A stretch of 64,000 nucleotides of DNA from Rhizophagus irregularis (taxonomy: Eukaryota): the NCBI RefSeq assembly GCF_026210795.1, contig NC_089430.1:4154001-4218000 (forward strand), in the 5' to 3' direction. The notes under the pieces are model-generated. The model was not told the origin of the DNA and made no database searches. It was given only the letters and a program-made list of their open reading frames with translations. Numbering within the stretch: the first letter of the stretch is position 1; each line of letters opens with the position of its first letter. Of the stretch, positions 50,910 to 63,199 are shown in pieces. Made by a program: the position numbers and the translations under genes.

Positions 50910-51269
50910 ATGGATTTTGAAGGATTTGAATGTGTTAAAATAAATTATTTTAATTGGTTTCAAAAAAATGAATTAGAATATTATGAAGATTTATCGTATG
51001 ATTATGCGATAAAAGGGGATAGAAAGAAAGTTCAAGAATGTTTAAATAAAATAAAAGAATTATTTTATGAATGTGAATGGGAGAATATTATAAATGATGT
51101 AACAAATAAATTACATAATAATAAATTTTATGAAATTAAAGGTGATTATAGAATATATGGAAGGAAACGGAAAAAGATTATTTTTGGAAAAGAAAAAATA
51201 TTTAAACAACAAATCAAAGATGGTTATGGATTAAATAAACAAAATAAAAAATGGAAAAATGACAATTGA
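50910..51269 (+). other. Unidentified 119-aa ORF at the start of a purine-rich, stop-riddled coding-like tract (to about 51870)
   Basis: ATG-initiated ORF with protein-like composition and no recognised motif. Confidence 0.3.
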
Positions 51270-52343
51270 TTGAAAAAATTAAAGAAAATCAAAGAAAAAA
51301 TTAATAAGAAATTTTATTATAGGAGAGCAATGTTTCAAAATTGGTATGTAAAAAGGAAATGATACAAAAAATTTTATGGATAAATTTTAATTGATAATTC
51401 TAAGTTTGAACAAGTATTGGAAAAATATAATAAAAAAAAGGGATATGTGGTATATTAGTGGTTTTGTCTATATAAAAGAACAGTGAATTAGTAATACAAA
51501 AAGATAAAATATTTACAGAAATTTTGACTACTTATGGAAATAATAAGTTTAATATATAAAGGATTAAGAATCGATGAAAAATCATAAGAAATTAATAAAT
51601 GAGGAAAATCGAAGTTATCAATTTACAATAAAGGAATTATTAGATCAAATATCATGTTATGAAAAAATTTACTTAAAAAGTAATAAAATATGATAATAAT
51701 AATGAAAATAGTAATGAAATATGTTAATCTTATAAATGATTTAACGTTTTTAATGAAAGAATATACAGTATTTACGTTATTGGACAAGTTAAATATATGG
51801 AAAAAAGGTAATATAATAAAAGGATATAGGAGAGATTATATTTGATAATAAAGGATAAAAATAATCGAAATAATCATGATATTTTTAACACGTGATTATT
51901 TTTGTTGATTATTGATTTCTGCCATCCGCAATAAATAAATTAATAAGTGAAATTAAAATATACAGATAAAATAATAATTATTCATCTCTAAAATTGAACT
52001 TTATACAATGAATAATATTTACATAGAGAATTTAGAAACAAATTTAAGAGTATTATTCATGCAATGCATCGGTCATAATTCGTCAAAGAATTATCGTAAG
52101 GAATAATATATTAAAATACTAAAATATTATTCCAGCTAAATGTTTATAGTATTCATGATAATACCGTAACAAATTATGTTAACTAGTATGTTAAATAAAA
52201 TTCTTAATTCGTTCTAGAGTTTCAATAATTAACGTGTTTATTTATATACATGGATAATAATACAGTTATTAACATATCAGTCACTCTTACGGAGAGATCG
52301 ATATTTTTATCCCATAATTTATAATTTATTCGTTAATAAAAAA

Positions 52344-53842
52344 TTATTGATTGGATATATTAAAGATTTCAATTTCTTCAATAGTATAAACTGTATCAGT
52401 CTTTAAATTATTTTCATAATTATTGCTATTATTATTAGCATGTAAACTTACATTGTTCATAGCTAATGAACCCCAACCAAAATTAAATCCATTACCATCC
52501 AATATGGCTTGAGATTTATTTACTACCCGGCTTATTTTCATATGTTGAGTATCTTCGCTGTTTTCAAATGAGAAAATAAAATTATCTGATGAATTGTATA
52601 ATCGATGACCTTCCTTAACAATAAAATCATCTCCTAATGAACAAAACCCGATAGAACTATATCCACCAAAAACTTTATTTGTCTCTTTAACTTTAATTAA
52701 AACTAAACTTGCTACTCGACCTTTACATTTTTTTCTGAATGACTTATTACTAATTCCATCACGGCTACCACGATAAATGAGTTTAAACCTATACAATTGA
52801 TCATTTCCAATCCAATTAACTATTAATTTTGCAAGTATTGGTTTGATGATATTTGACTCAATTTTTCTTATTTCAAATGAATAACCAGTTCTAGGTGGTA
52901 AAATTGTAGTTTTAGGTAAGGCATCTTTATAATAAAATTCTTCAATTTCTTCATAAATATGATTAGGAATAATAATTCTATAAGGACGGACTTTATCAAA
53001 AAAATCTGCACGAGAAATTTCCGTAAATCGAATGAGAGGAATAAATTGATTTAAGGTTTTCTTCAATTCTTCATAATCCTTATTATTCCATTTCGCTCTA
53101 TCACTATTCTCATTCCCAAGACCAGAAGTTTGTTCAATACCCCATTTAATTAAATAATCCCAAACGATAACTTCTTTAATTTGTAAGTCGTCTCTTTCAA
53201 GCAAGTCAAAAAGTATTTCCTTATTTATTAAAGGAAAGATTTTTGAAGAAAAAAATGGTAGAGGATTTTCGCAGATAGATTCAAGACAATAATCTTGCAA
53301 TTTCTTGCAATTATCAAGTCTAAACACTGCATTAAGAACAAGAACAAAATTTTCATGAACCCATTTGGTTTGTTTTTCTATTAAATAATCTCTAACATGT
53401 CTAAATAATTCTTCAAGAAGTAATTCATCAGATGCAACTAGCAAACCAAGAATATTTTCACCTGATTGTTTAGTTAAATCAAGTTCACCAGTGTAAATAT
53501 ATCTAATAAAAAATTATTTATATTTAGAATAAATAAATTTAAATTTCAAAATTTATAAATAAAAAATAAATAAATAAATAATTCTCACTTCAAAATCATA
53601 TGAAAAACAGTTGGAGTAATATTTGGTTTGTTAAATGTAATCATATTATCCTTCTTTATAATCCAATTTGTAGAAAGAGCACTTTTGAAATAAGGAGAAC
53701 GAGCACGTAAAATAACTGAATGTGCACGAAATTCTTTCTTATTGTTGTTTTCACCAACTTGAATAATGACATTGTAATCATCTGCATCATCTAATATTAA
53801 GGAAAGGTCTTCCGAAAGACGAACGTGAAAATTTGAAGCCAT
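52344..53842 (-). CDS. BTB/POZ-BACK-TLDc domain protein (copy E), exons 53842-53589, 53502-52344
   Basis: Start MASNFHVRLSEDL. Conserved phase-2 intron (ILK|YIYTG). Motifs intact. Confidence 0.9.
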
Positions 53843-54366
53843 TTTTTTTTTAAAAAAAAAAGAAAAAAAAGTATTATTAATGGAAATAACCACGTGATTG
53901 ACGGCTTAAATATTATTTGTAACGTTGCACACTTGCACTCCATTTGAACCATATTTTAAAAAGATTTGCAGTAAGCTAATTGAATCCGACAACGATCAAC
54001 CCAAAAACTAATTTTTAAATATAGTATGAGGAACTTAAACGATTTATAGCTAATCAATATTCTAAATTGAATATCATTCAAACTCTGAAAATATTAGTGT
54101 ATAATTAGGATATCAAACTAAAATTGATAAATTAAATTCTTATTTAGATAGATATTAAAGTAATATTAGCGAAGATAAAAAAAATTAAAATATAATAAAA
54201 ACATTAAAATACAGTATATAAGAAATACGAAATCGAGTTTTTTTTTAAAAATAAAAAAATATTTAGTAATAGAATAAGCGTTAGATTATTAACAGACAAT
54301 TTGAATTATTCGTATTTAGGGACCGTAGATAGTACAACGACTTTGGCGCAAATCATAAGAAGATAT

Positions 54367-55107
54367 TGTCACGGGATATTTTTTTTTTATTTTTATTTTT
54401 TTTATTTTTATTTTTATTTGTTATTTTTATCTTTTAGTTATTTTTAGTTATTTTTAGATAGATTACCTGTAGCTGATTTTGGTTGTTTATAGATTAGATA
54501 AAAAGCGGAAGCTTAGCAATGTAAAATGGCTGAATATAAGTGGCTGTATAGACAAATGTGCCCAGATCGCCACAATTGGCCGGGAAACGATATTGGCCGG
54601 GAGACGATTATGTCCGAAGGACAGAATCGTCCTAAAAATTTAATGTTATATAAAGGACCGGTGTTGAAAGATAGAGATAGTTAAGTTTGATATCGTATAG
54701 TTTTATTGTTATAAGATAGATATCGGGATATTACAGAGCGCCGGTTGAGGCAGTAATATCGTATTCTTTTTATTAATGAATAAACTTGTCGATTTGCTTC
54801 TGAATTATTGATACATATTTTATTACATTGTTTATTATCGTTTTATTATCATTTATTAACTTTCGTTATACATCGTTAATTTACTATACATATTTGCTAA
54901 TTAATTGTTATATACACACACCACTTGATCCACCTTAATTTATCGCATCATTTATTATCGTTTATAATCGTTCATTATCGACTATTCATATATACACGTT
55001 TACCTTACCAATCGTTATATATCGTCATATTACCTTACCACTCACATACCGATCCTTATTTTTTCTTTCTGTTACTACCTACCAAACGTCATAAATCGGT
55101 GGTAACA
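54367..55107 (+). mobile_element. Solo LTR (741 bp)
   Basis: TGTCAC...GTAACA termini and a 4-bp TSD ATAT (54363-54366, 55108-55111). Internal TATAAA at about 54649 followed by AATAAA at about 54779. Confidence 0.75.
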
Positions 55108-55502
55108 ATATGTAATTTATTATATATCCAATTTTATATACAGTATTTTTTTTTTCAAAATTAAATAAAAAATCAGTACAATATTTATAATCCTATCTTA
55201 AGGAGTAAATCGGAATAAAAATAAAGTCTAAAAAAGTTTAATCATTTATCATAAAAAAAAAACAAGTTTAAAATTTTTATTAAAGGTACTTCATTTTATC
55301 TAATGTAATATTATTTGATTATTTAATTTATATCATACAAAAATGCTGAATTATACACACGATTTTGGCATTGCCATTTTGAACACGAATTTTTTTTTTA
55401 AAAAATCATTTTTTTTATTTTTACTTTTATTTAGTTTTTTTTTTTAAAAAAAAAATTTTATCTCCACATTATTAATTCAAAGTGATTTGTTCGTTCCGAT
55501 TG

Positions 55503-55712
55503 TGGCGCAATGGGAAAAAACGTGGCAAAATACTCTCGTAACGTCTCTTTTACTACGCCCTCACACAGATGATTGCGGCTCAAAAATTAAAATCTCAAAT
55601 TTTCACATTACACTATTAATTTAAAGCGACTCTGCTCTTCAATCGTGGATTTTAATATGGCGCAATGCAGAAAGACGTGGCAAAAAAACCCTTGTACGCC
55701 TCCTTTTTTTAC
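55503..55712 (+). promoter_or_regulatory. Duplicated upstream element (about 50 bp, twice) ahead of the small secreted-peptide gene
   Basis: TGGCGCAATG.{8}CGTGGCAAAA...GT(A)ACG.CTC.TTT at about 55503 and 55658. TATATAAA at about 55776. Confidence 0.4.
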
Positions 55713-55879
55713 TTCACCTTTATTGTATAAAATCATGAAATAATTTGAAATACGTGTTACTATAGAAAATTTTCTTATATAAACACTGAGAAAGAGGAGA
55801 AGAAATTTCTTTTTAAAAAAAAAAAAATTAACAACGAATTAAAGTTTTATATAGCATACATAAAATCATAAAATCAACT

Positions 55880-56095
55880 GTGAAATTAAAATACTCATTG
55901 TTATTTATTTTTGTCTATATTATTATTTTAGCGGGTTAGTAATGAATGATTATTTATGTAAAAGATTTCTCTTTTTTATATTAACTATTAAATTGGAATT
56001 TTTTATTATAATATTCAGATGCATTGAATGAGAATAAACGTGACGCAGAACCACAATATGACTTGTGGAAAAGGAGAGTCACAAAAGCTCCCTGA
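55880..56095 (+). pseudogene. Small secreted prepropeptide gene with a GTG start (exons 55880-55934, 56019-56095); probable pseudogene
   Basis: Spliced product (V/M)KLKYSLLFIFVYIIILA|DALNENKRDAEPQYDLWKRRVTKAP*. It has a signal-peptide-like exon 1, an 84-nt GTTAGT...CAG intron and a KR-DA-EP processing motif. Confidence 0.6.
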
Positions 56096-56192
56096 ATATT
56101 CCCGGAATTGTCCGAAAGAAATTTTTTAATACAGAATGTCCAATTTTTTAAAGTGAATGTTGGGATAACGTTGAAAGTATTTTTGACAAATC

Positions 56193-57031
56193 TAGTGCTC
56201 CGCAAAATTCGGGTCTAACCCGGATAATTCAACCCGAGTGAATTTTAAATCGGGTCGGTACTAACAATTTTAATAACCCGTGACCCGCATGACCCGACCA
56301 ATCGGGTCGGGTCATTCATTTCCTTGACTCGAGTTTTGACCCGAATTAGACCCGGATGATCATTAAAATCACTAATCACATATCAATTACGCGTTAATAT
56401 TGATTATGTTTATATAATTTTGTTAGATGAATGTGCTCACTTAGCGAAAATTGCTAGAGACACCTTGCAATTACGGGTATGTGTATGAATTATTATTTTA
56501 ATTATTAACATTACATTAACTAATAAGTTGATTTTGATGATTAATAAAGCAACCAGCATTCCAGTAGTTTCCGGTGGAACCGATTTGATAGCTGCAAAAA
56601 GATGTAATCTTAAAGCAGATACAATTATAGCATGCATGTGTTTAAAGTCCTGGCAGACGTAAAGTATAGTCAAATTTCTGTTAAAGCAAGTGATATAATT
56701 TCGATTTTATAGTTCAAATATAAAGCAATAAATAAAAAGGAATTTAAGATATCTTTAAATTCGTGCTTAGCTTTAGTTTTAATAACAAAAAGTTGTGTGA
56801 CCTATATGATCATCTTGTAGATCAATTACCTTGAAAAATTATATTTGAAAAAATATTTTTGATATATTACTAAGCATACAGTATATTATCCAATGAAAAT
56901 TTCGGGTCTAACCCGGGTTATTCGAATTAAATATACTCGGGTCGGGTTAAAATCGGATCATTTCTATTTTTGCCGGGTCGAGTCGGATATATTCTCCAAA
57001 CCCGACCGAATCCGACCCGGTAGGAGCACTA
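56193..57031. mobile_element. hAT-type non-autonomous element (839 bp)
   Basis: TIR TAGTGCTCC, GACCCG/CGGGTC subterminal repeats and a perfect 8-bp TSD GACAAATC (56185-56192, 57032-57039). Confidence 0.92.
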
Positions 57032-57899
57032 GACAAATCGACTGAAATATAACAAATTTCGGACAATATATATATATATTTCTGAACTAACACAATATAG
57101 TAATAATAATATAATATAGAAATAATAACAATAATAACAACAGTAACAAGCTTTGTAATGTTTATTATATTTTCTTGTTAGTTTTAATAATGAATTGATT
57201 TTATTTTATAATTAATTTTTTATAAAGAAACAAATAATTCTTTAAGTATTTAATAATCAAAATATGGTTATTAAGTTTATACAAATAAATTTAATAAGTA
57301 TATTTACACTTGTTTCATTCATAATGTGATGGTATGACCACTCGTACGACCAAAAACGTAACATTATTTCACCTTTTTTAATACTTAACAATGTAGTTAA
57401 GTGTAACGCTATCACAATACCACATGCAAATGCATAACTCCTAAACTCTAGTAGGATGTACAACACACGGCGCGTAATGTTTAAACTCTGATAAATTTGC
57501 TTTTTTTACTATGCTTTACCAATTTTTGTCGAATCATCTATATTATTTGCTGTATTACGTCACAAGAAACTACCAAAAGTTTATGTAAGAATCTATCAAG
57601 AGTCTATAGTCACGGAAGTTATATAAAGTATATGTACTCTTAAACTTTCTCAAATTTTTTTGAAACTTTAATAATCTCTTTTTTATAGTCTCTTTTACAG
57701 GAATATAATATCATCTCCAAGGTTTTATCCAATTATCAAACGCATCTATATGTGTCAACAGTGGTGGATTAGGACTTAGGATATACAGAACTTAAAACAA
57801 TACTCATTGCCGCCTCATGAAGCTGCTTTAATGCGAAAAAAAATGATATTAGATCAAACTCAATAATTTTTTCATCGCAAATTTCTTTTTTGAGAGGTA

Positions 57900-59560
57900 A
57901 AACATTGGGAGACACTTACCAGTGGGTGGGATGGGGTCGTGGGTATCAAGATACTCCTCCTTAGGCTTTTTTTATAATATTTATTAAAACTCAACATAGG
58001 ATTATCATTCACCTTCTCCTCGTGTCATGATTTTCAATAGCATCTTTGGTAGAAATGTTATTAATTCATGGAACTTTCCATTCCACTTTTTTTCAGAGAG
58101 AGCTTCCTTGAATCCTGCAACGGTTAATTTATCAATTTTAACATGAAAATCACGACGGATAGGAAGGAAAGGATAATATCCGTTAAAGAAATGCTGAAAA
58201 TATCATTAGCAACATTCCAATGAAGTTTCAGCACCCAGAGTATGTTTTTGTTTTTTACCTGTTTCCTTTGGTTTCTGGTCACGTGCTAACTTTAAGTTCC
58301 TTTGGTATCAATTTTCCTTTACAAGGACGAGATGAAACACTCAAAATATGACGATCAGAATGGAATCAAGCAAAGAATTGAACTTGCAAAGAAACGGAGA
58401 TTCAATAAACAACTTCATAATATTCACAGGGAACGTTGATTCCTTCAAGATAGAGCTGCGACCCGTTACCCATTTACCCGGATACAATCCGGGTATTGTA
58501 TCCGGGTTATGGAATAGCAAACGGGTAAAAACGGGTAATACCCATTTTGTATCCGTTTTATCGTTGACATATGTATACCCGGGTATTACTCGGGTAATTG
58601 TCCCATAAATTTTGCCAGAATTGAGATGTTAACTCAGGCCAGAATTTTAATGCCGGCCAGAATTAATGTTTATAAATCACTTAGTGATCGTCACTAATAA
58701 GTACGGTTACAAGTTTTAATATTTGAACGAGAAAGTTACCACAAAAAATAACTTTTATCCCATTTTATTAATTCTGGCTAAAATTGTAATTTTCGGCTAG
58801 AATTAAATGTTTCCCACTGGTGAGTTTTAGCAATGCTTATCGTAAAAGATTTTTTTATTTTGTTTTATATATTTGATAATTATTTTAATTTATAGATTTA
58901 TAGAGAAAAAACCAGGTTTTTATCCAGGTAATACCCGGGTATACTCGGGTCATATCTAACAAAAAGATAAACGGGTATAAACGGGTAATACCCGTTTTGG
59001 AGTCGGGTAACACATTTTTTGATTTGAGTATGATCCGGATACAGAAATTCTGACGGGTCGCAGCTCTACTTCAAGAACTTACGACTTTGTTAGAACAGTA
59101 TTGCAAGGAACATCTGAGATGAAATTTTACGAATGTTATCCATCAATGTTACATTTAATATATTTACTGATGCATCAAGTGAAGATACATCCGCTAGTAA
59201 AGCATCAGTTGCACAACAAATGCTTTATGAACATTTCATCTATGGTAGAGAAACATTAAACTTTAAACAATTTATGGGCATGTGTGATAAAAATTGGAAA
59301 ATTTCAATATTGCAACTGCATGTGATGTTATTCTTATGAGCAATATGTAGTAAAAAAGTAACAATATCACTGTTAATTTTTACCATTACATTTCATTTTC
59401 ACAGTATTCCATTTAAACAGAAAAACAGGATTAACGTAAAAGAAATAGGTACATGATCAAGCATTTCCATGTTTACTGACTTTGATTGATCTATCTTGTT
59501 TAACGATCTTGATCGTTGAGTATTTGATGATGCAAAGGCAAGTTTTGATTTTTCATTTTA
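57900..59560 (-). pseudogene. Decayed gene interrupted by a hAT MITE, with a SAP-like motif
   Basis: Higher-GC coding-like minus-strand tract that continues across the MITE once the TSD is removed. It includes IDKLTVAGFKEALSEKKWNGKFHELITFL (about 58060-58145). Many stops. Confidence 0.35.
58451..59068. mobile_element. hAT-type MITE (618 bp)
   Basis: Perfect 16-bp TIR TAGAGCTGCGACCCGT, ACCCG/CGGGT subterminal repeats and a perfect 8-bp TSD CTTCAAGA (58443-58450, 59069-59076). Confidence 0.93.
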
Positions 59561-60759
59561 TTTTGTTTACTTGCACAATGGCGGATAAAAGAATTCATTA
59601 ATCAAGGCCTCTCCTTTTTATATAATTTGCAAATGAGTCTAAGAATCGATTTTTGAATCAATCTTTAGTGTGCATCACGAAAATCTGATCATCAGATGCT
59701 CCTTAACTTACAATAGAAAATTTTGATGCTATGATATCTTGTATTTAATAGTAAAAGTCAACAAGAGGATATCGGTTTAATCCGTGCTATTCATTTATAC
59801 AACGATAAAATATGCTATGTAGGACTTTCAGGAAAATAATAGCATTGTAGTAATAATAATACATTGCGGAAATTTATATTATGGAAACCATAACATTTTT
59901 GTCATGATCAAACGCAAATTTAATTTTTTTTTATTGTTAAGATAATATGTTAAATTTTAATATCAGTTGGATTAATACTTCTAAATATAAAAGAAAGAAA
60001 ATATTAGAGAAAATTGAGAATTTAAAAATTGTGTACTTAAACGTTAAAACCAAAAAAAAAATCCCTTAAAGAAAAAATAGAATAAAATAAATTAATATAT
60101 GCTTAAAGAGAAAGCAAATTAAAATCAAATACAAAATAGTTTATAAATTTTGCCATATATTAATTATGGAGTTATTTGGTGTTGATTGATTGGCTGTCAT
60201 TGTGCCACTGCAGGGTTATCAAATAATTATTACTACTAAAAAATTTTAATCATACTTTTTAAATTATTTTGTAAAGAAATTAAACCATTTTAAAAAAGAT
60301 CTGTAATAAAAGAAGAAAAAATATTTAAAGTTTTCATTATAATATAATAACTTTATAATTCATTATTTAAAGCAATTATAGTTAATACGTGAATTTTATT
60401 TTATATGTCTGGTAAACTTGTTATATTTGATGTTAGGCCGGGCAAAAAAAAAAAATTAGATTCTCGTGATCCGGGTCAGTTTTTCGAAAAATGGAAATTT
60501 TTTTTTTATAATAAAAAAAATTTTATCACATGATTTTTTTGGCCAATGTGCGTAAAAAAATTTCAAATATGAAAAAATTTTACATTCACGAGTCTATATA
60601 ATAAAATAAAAATAAAAAAAAAATTTTACATATATAAAAAAAATGTATCCAAATTTTTTAATCTTTAATTCAATGACTAATAACTAGTAAATCAAAAAAA
60701 TTATTCCCTCGATATGATAAAAGTGTTGATAGTCGAACAAGTAGCATTAAAAAATTTTC

Positions 60760-61215
60760 TACCAACCCTATATTCTGAATGCTCTTGAAATCAAATACCG
60801 GTTACTCTCCAATTACTATGCTTTGAAATTCTTTGGTCATCTTCCAGTATGTTCCATAATCTTTATGTTTAATAATCTTTTCAAAAAAAAAAAAGTAGTA
60901 AATGCCTACAGATCGCATTTCTTTTAGTACTTTTTCTGTAGTAAAATAATTTGGGTCGCCACCTGGATAATCATTACTCACATCAGTGAAACGACGACCG
61001 TGTGGTAGATATTCAGCGATGTGTAAAAGTATTTCGCCGGTCATTGTGTTGAGACTGCATTAAGACCATCAGAACATCTTCCGGGCCATTTCAACTACCT
61101 AAAGCTGAAACTCTTGATACTCTATTTTTGGACTTAACACAAGAATTGATGAAATCAAAATATGTGAGCAGCTAGAGCCATCACAGTGGTCATGAACTAT
61201 AATTGCTAACCTTGG
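60760..61215 (-). pseudogene. vWA-domain gene remnant (type associated with alpha-kinases)
   Basis: Frameshifted pieces DHCDGS, GNGPEDVL, GLNAV, ILLHIAEYLPHGRRFTDVSNDYPGGDP...EKVLKEM...YYFF...KMTKEFQSI, PVFDF follow the D-x-P-E-D / H-I-x-D-x-P-P-H-G pattern of this vWA subfamily. Confidence 0.75.
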
Positions 61216-61248
61216 TACCTAGATTATTAGATGGTAAAAGTAAAATAA

Positions 61249-61380
61249 ACTAGGAAAACGGAAATCGTTATCACGTTATTAAGTCCGAAGTACTCAAAAC
61301 ACTGGTCACGTGTCATTTGGGTCATGGTAGCCGGTTCTTTAGATTTTGGGTAAGGGGATTAGGTTGTCACGTAGTGTCAC
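61249..61380 (-). mobile_element. 3' part of a HINE-like element
   Basis: Minus strand TTCGGACTTAATAAC...AACGATTTCCGTTTTCCTAGT, with CACGTG inside. Confidence 0.55.
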
Positions 61381-62254
61381 TTCCTAGCTGTTCTTCAATT
61401 TTATAATTATTCTGTGGACTTATGAATTTTTTTTATATGCAAAACTCTAATTGTCGCCCATTAATTGTCATACCATAATAATATATGTAATCCGGCAAAG
61501 TGATCCGGTTGCCATTTTTTGGAGGCGACGCTAGGGTCAGCATTAAATGACAAATGACCATCATAATTCTGGCCAAAATTAGCTATGTAATTTCAGGATA
61601 AAAATTATATCACGTGATAATATGAATTTGTAATTATAGCTGGCATCATAAATTTGGCCTGAATTAATAATAAATGACTCAAATGACAAATGACCCGAAT
61701 GACTAGGTCATTCGAAGGTCATTCAGGGTTCATTTCAAAATGGCCAAATGACATCACTGAAAAGTAGTGGTTAAATTACAAAATCTGGTATATAAGAAAC
61801 CCTATGAAAAAAGTCTGTGTGATTTTTGTTGAAAAATCATTCAATTAAATTCACTACGATTTCTGTATATTTGACCATACAATAATTGTGCTAAAAATTG
61901 CAATAAATCACACAATTATTGCATGGTAATTCATTCAATAATTATCCTATTTTTGACCTGAATTTATACAATTATTGTGTGATTTCTGAGCCAAATTTTA
62001 GGCCATATTTTAGGAATTATAGGTTAAATTTTACAGTAATAACAGGCAATTTATAAAGTGAAATTATGAATTTTTATTGACTTAAAATATAAAAAATATA
62101 CACAATATTTCATAAATAAAATACTAAATTTGATATAATCATAAATATAAAAATTTGTAAGAAAATAAAATAAAATAAAGTATGTTAATAACATGAAAGT
62201 AAATTAGTAGTATCAAAGAAGAAAGTAAATTATTAGTGTAAGTAAATTATTAGT

Positions 62255-62460
62255 ATTAAATAAATAAAAAAGTATGAAGTTAGTGAAGAAAGCAAATTAG
62301 TAGTGTTAAAAAGTAAATTATTAGTGTTAGTAATAAACAAGTATGAAGTTAGTGAAGAAAGCAAATTAGTGTGTTAAAAAGTAAATTATTAGTGTTAGTA
62401 ATAAAAAAAAAGTATGAAGTTAGTGAAGAAAGCAAGTTAGTAACATTAAAATGTAAAAAG
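62255..62460 (+). repeat. Tandem repeat, unit about 70 bp, about 3 copies
   Basis: AAGTATGAAGTTAGTGAAGAAAGCAA(A/G)TTAGT... at about 62270, 62339 and 62410. Confidence 0.85.
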
Positions 62461-62899
62461 TTAGGAAAATAAAAAGATAAAGAACACAAGTTTTTCTTAC
62501 CTAAAAGAAAGTTGAAGAAAAGTTAAAAGGTTAAAAAACATAAACAAAAACATTTCGCGTCATCATATTAATTTTGACGATCAGATCACGTGATCAACAT
62601 ATATAATTTAAGAGTTAATTTTTACCGCATAATTCTGGCCAAATTATAATTCCAGTCAGAACTAATTGTGTAACCTAATAAAAAGTTTTTGACTTTTTTT
62701 TAGTTACAAGATGATACAAAAATTTCACCAATGGGTCCGAAAGATGCCCGTTTATAAGCAAATATGCAGTTGAAATTTGTGTAACCTTACTGCATAAATC
62801 ACTTTACTTATTTATAATGGTTAAAAGTGGTCTATTTGACCCTAAAAGTGGTCAAATGTAACCATACAGGTAAGATGGAAAGTAGTATAGTAGGATTAC

Positions 62900-63072
62900 T
62901 CAAAAATTGCTTTCTGTATCCTAAATTTAAGTCTATTTTCAAGTTGTACAATAATCACAATTTTTATTGTACAAAAATTGAATGTTTTCTGTATCCTAAA
63001 TTTAAGTTGTATAAAGATCACACAAAAATTGAACATTTTCAATATTCTAAATTTAAGTTGTACAAAAATTGC
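62900..63072 (+). repeat. Degenerate tandem repeat, about 3 copies
   Basis: CAAAAATTG...TTTC....T.CTAAATTTAAGT recurs. It explains the repetitive ORF 62827-63156. Confidence 0.7.
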
Positions 63073-63199
63073 ATACTTTTAATATGCTTTGAAAAACTTC
63101 ATAGCTATTTTTATCCAAAAATCTGCAATAATTGTACAATTTCCACACGGACTTGAACAAATATCATACAAAAATTGGATGATTTTTTTTCATAGGGAA

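Noticed and set aside
61532..62844. hAT element bounded by TAGGGTCA / TGACCCTA
   Set aside because: An 8-bp inverted match only, and the flanks do not form a TSD. The region is clearly repeat-derived but the boundaries are unsupported.
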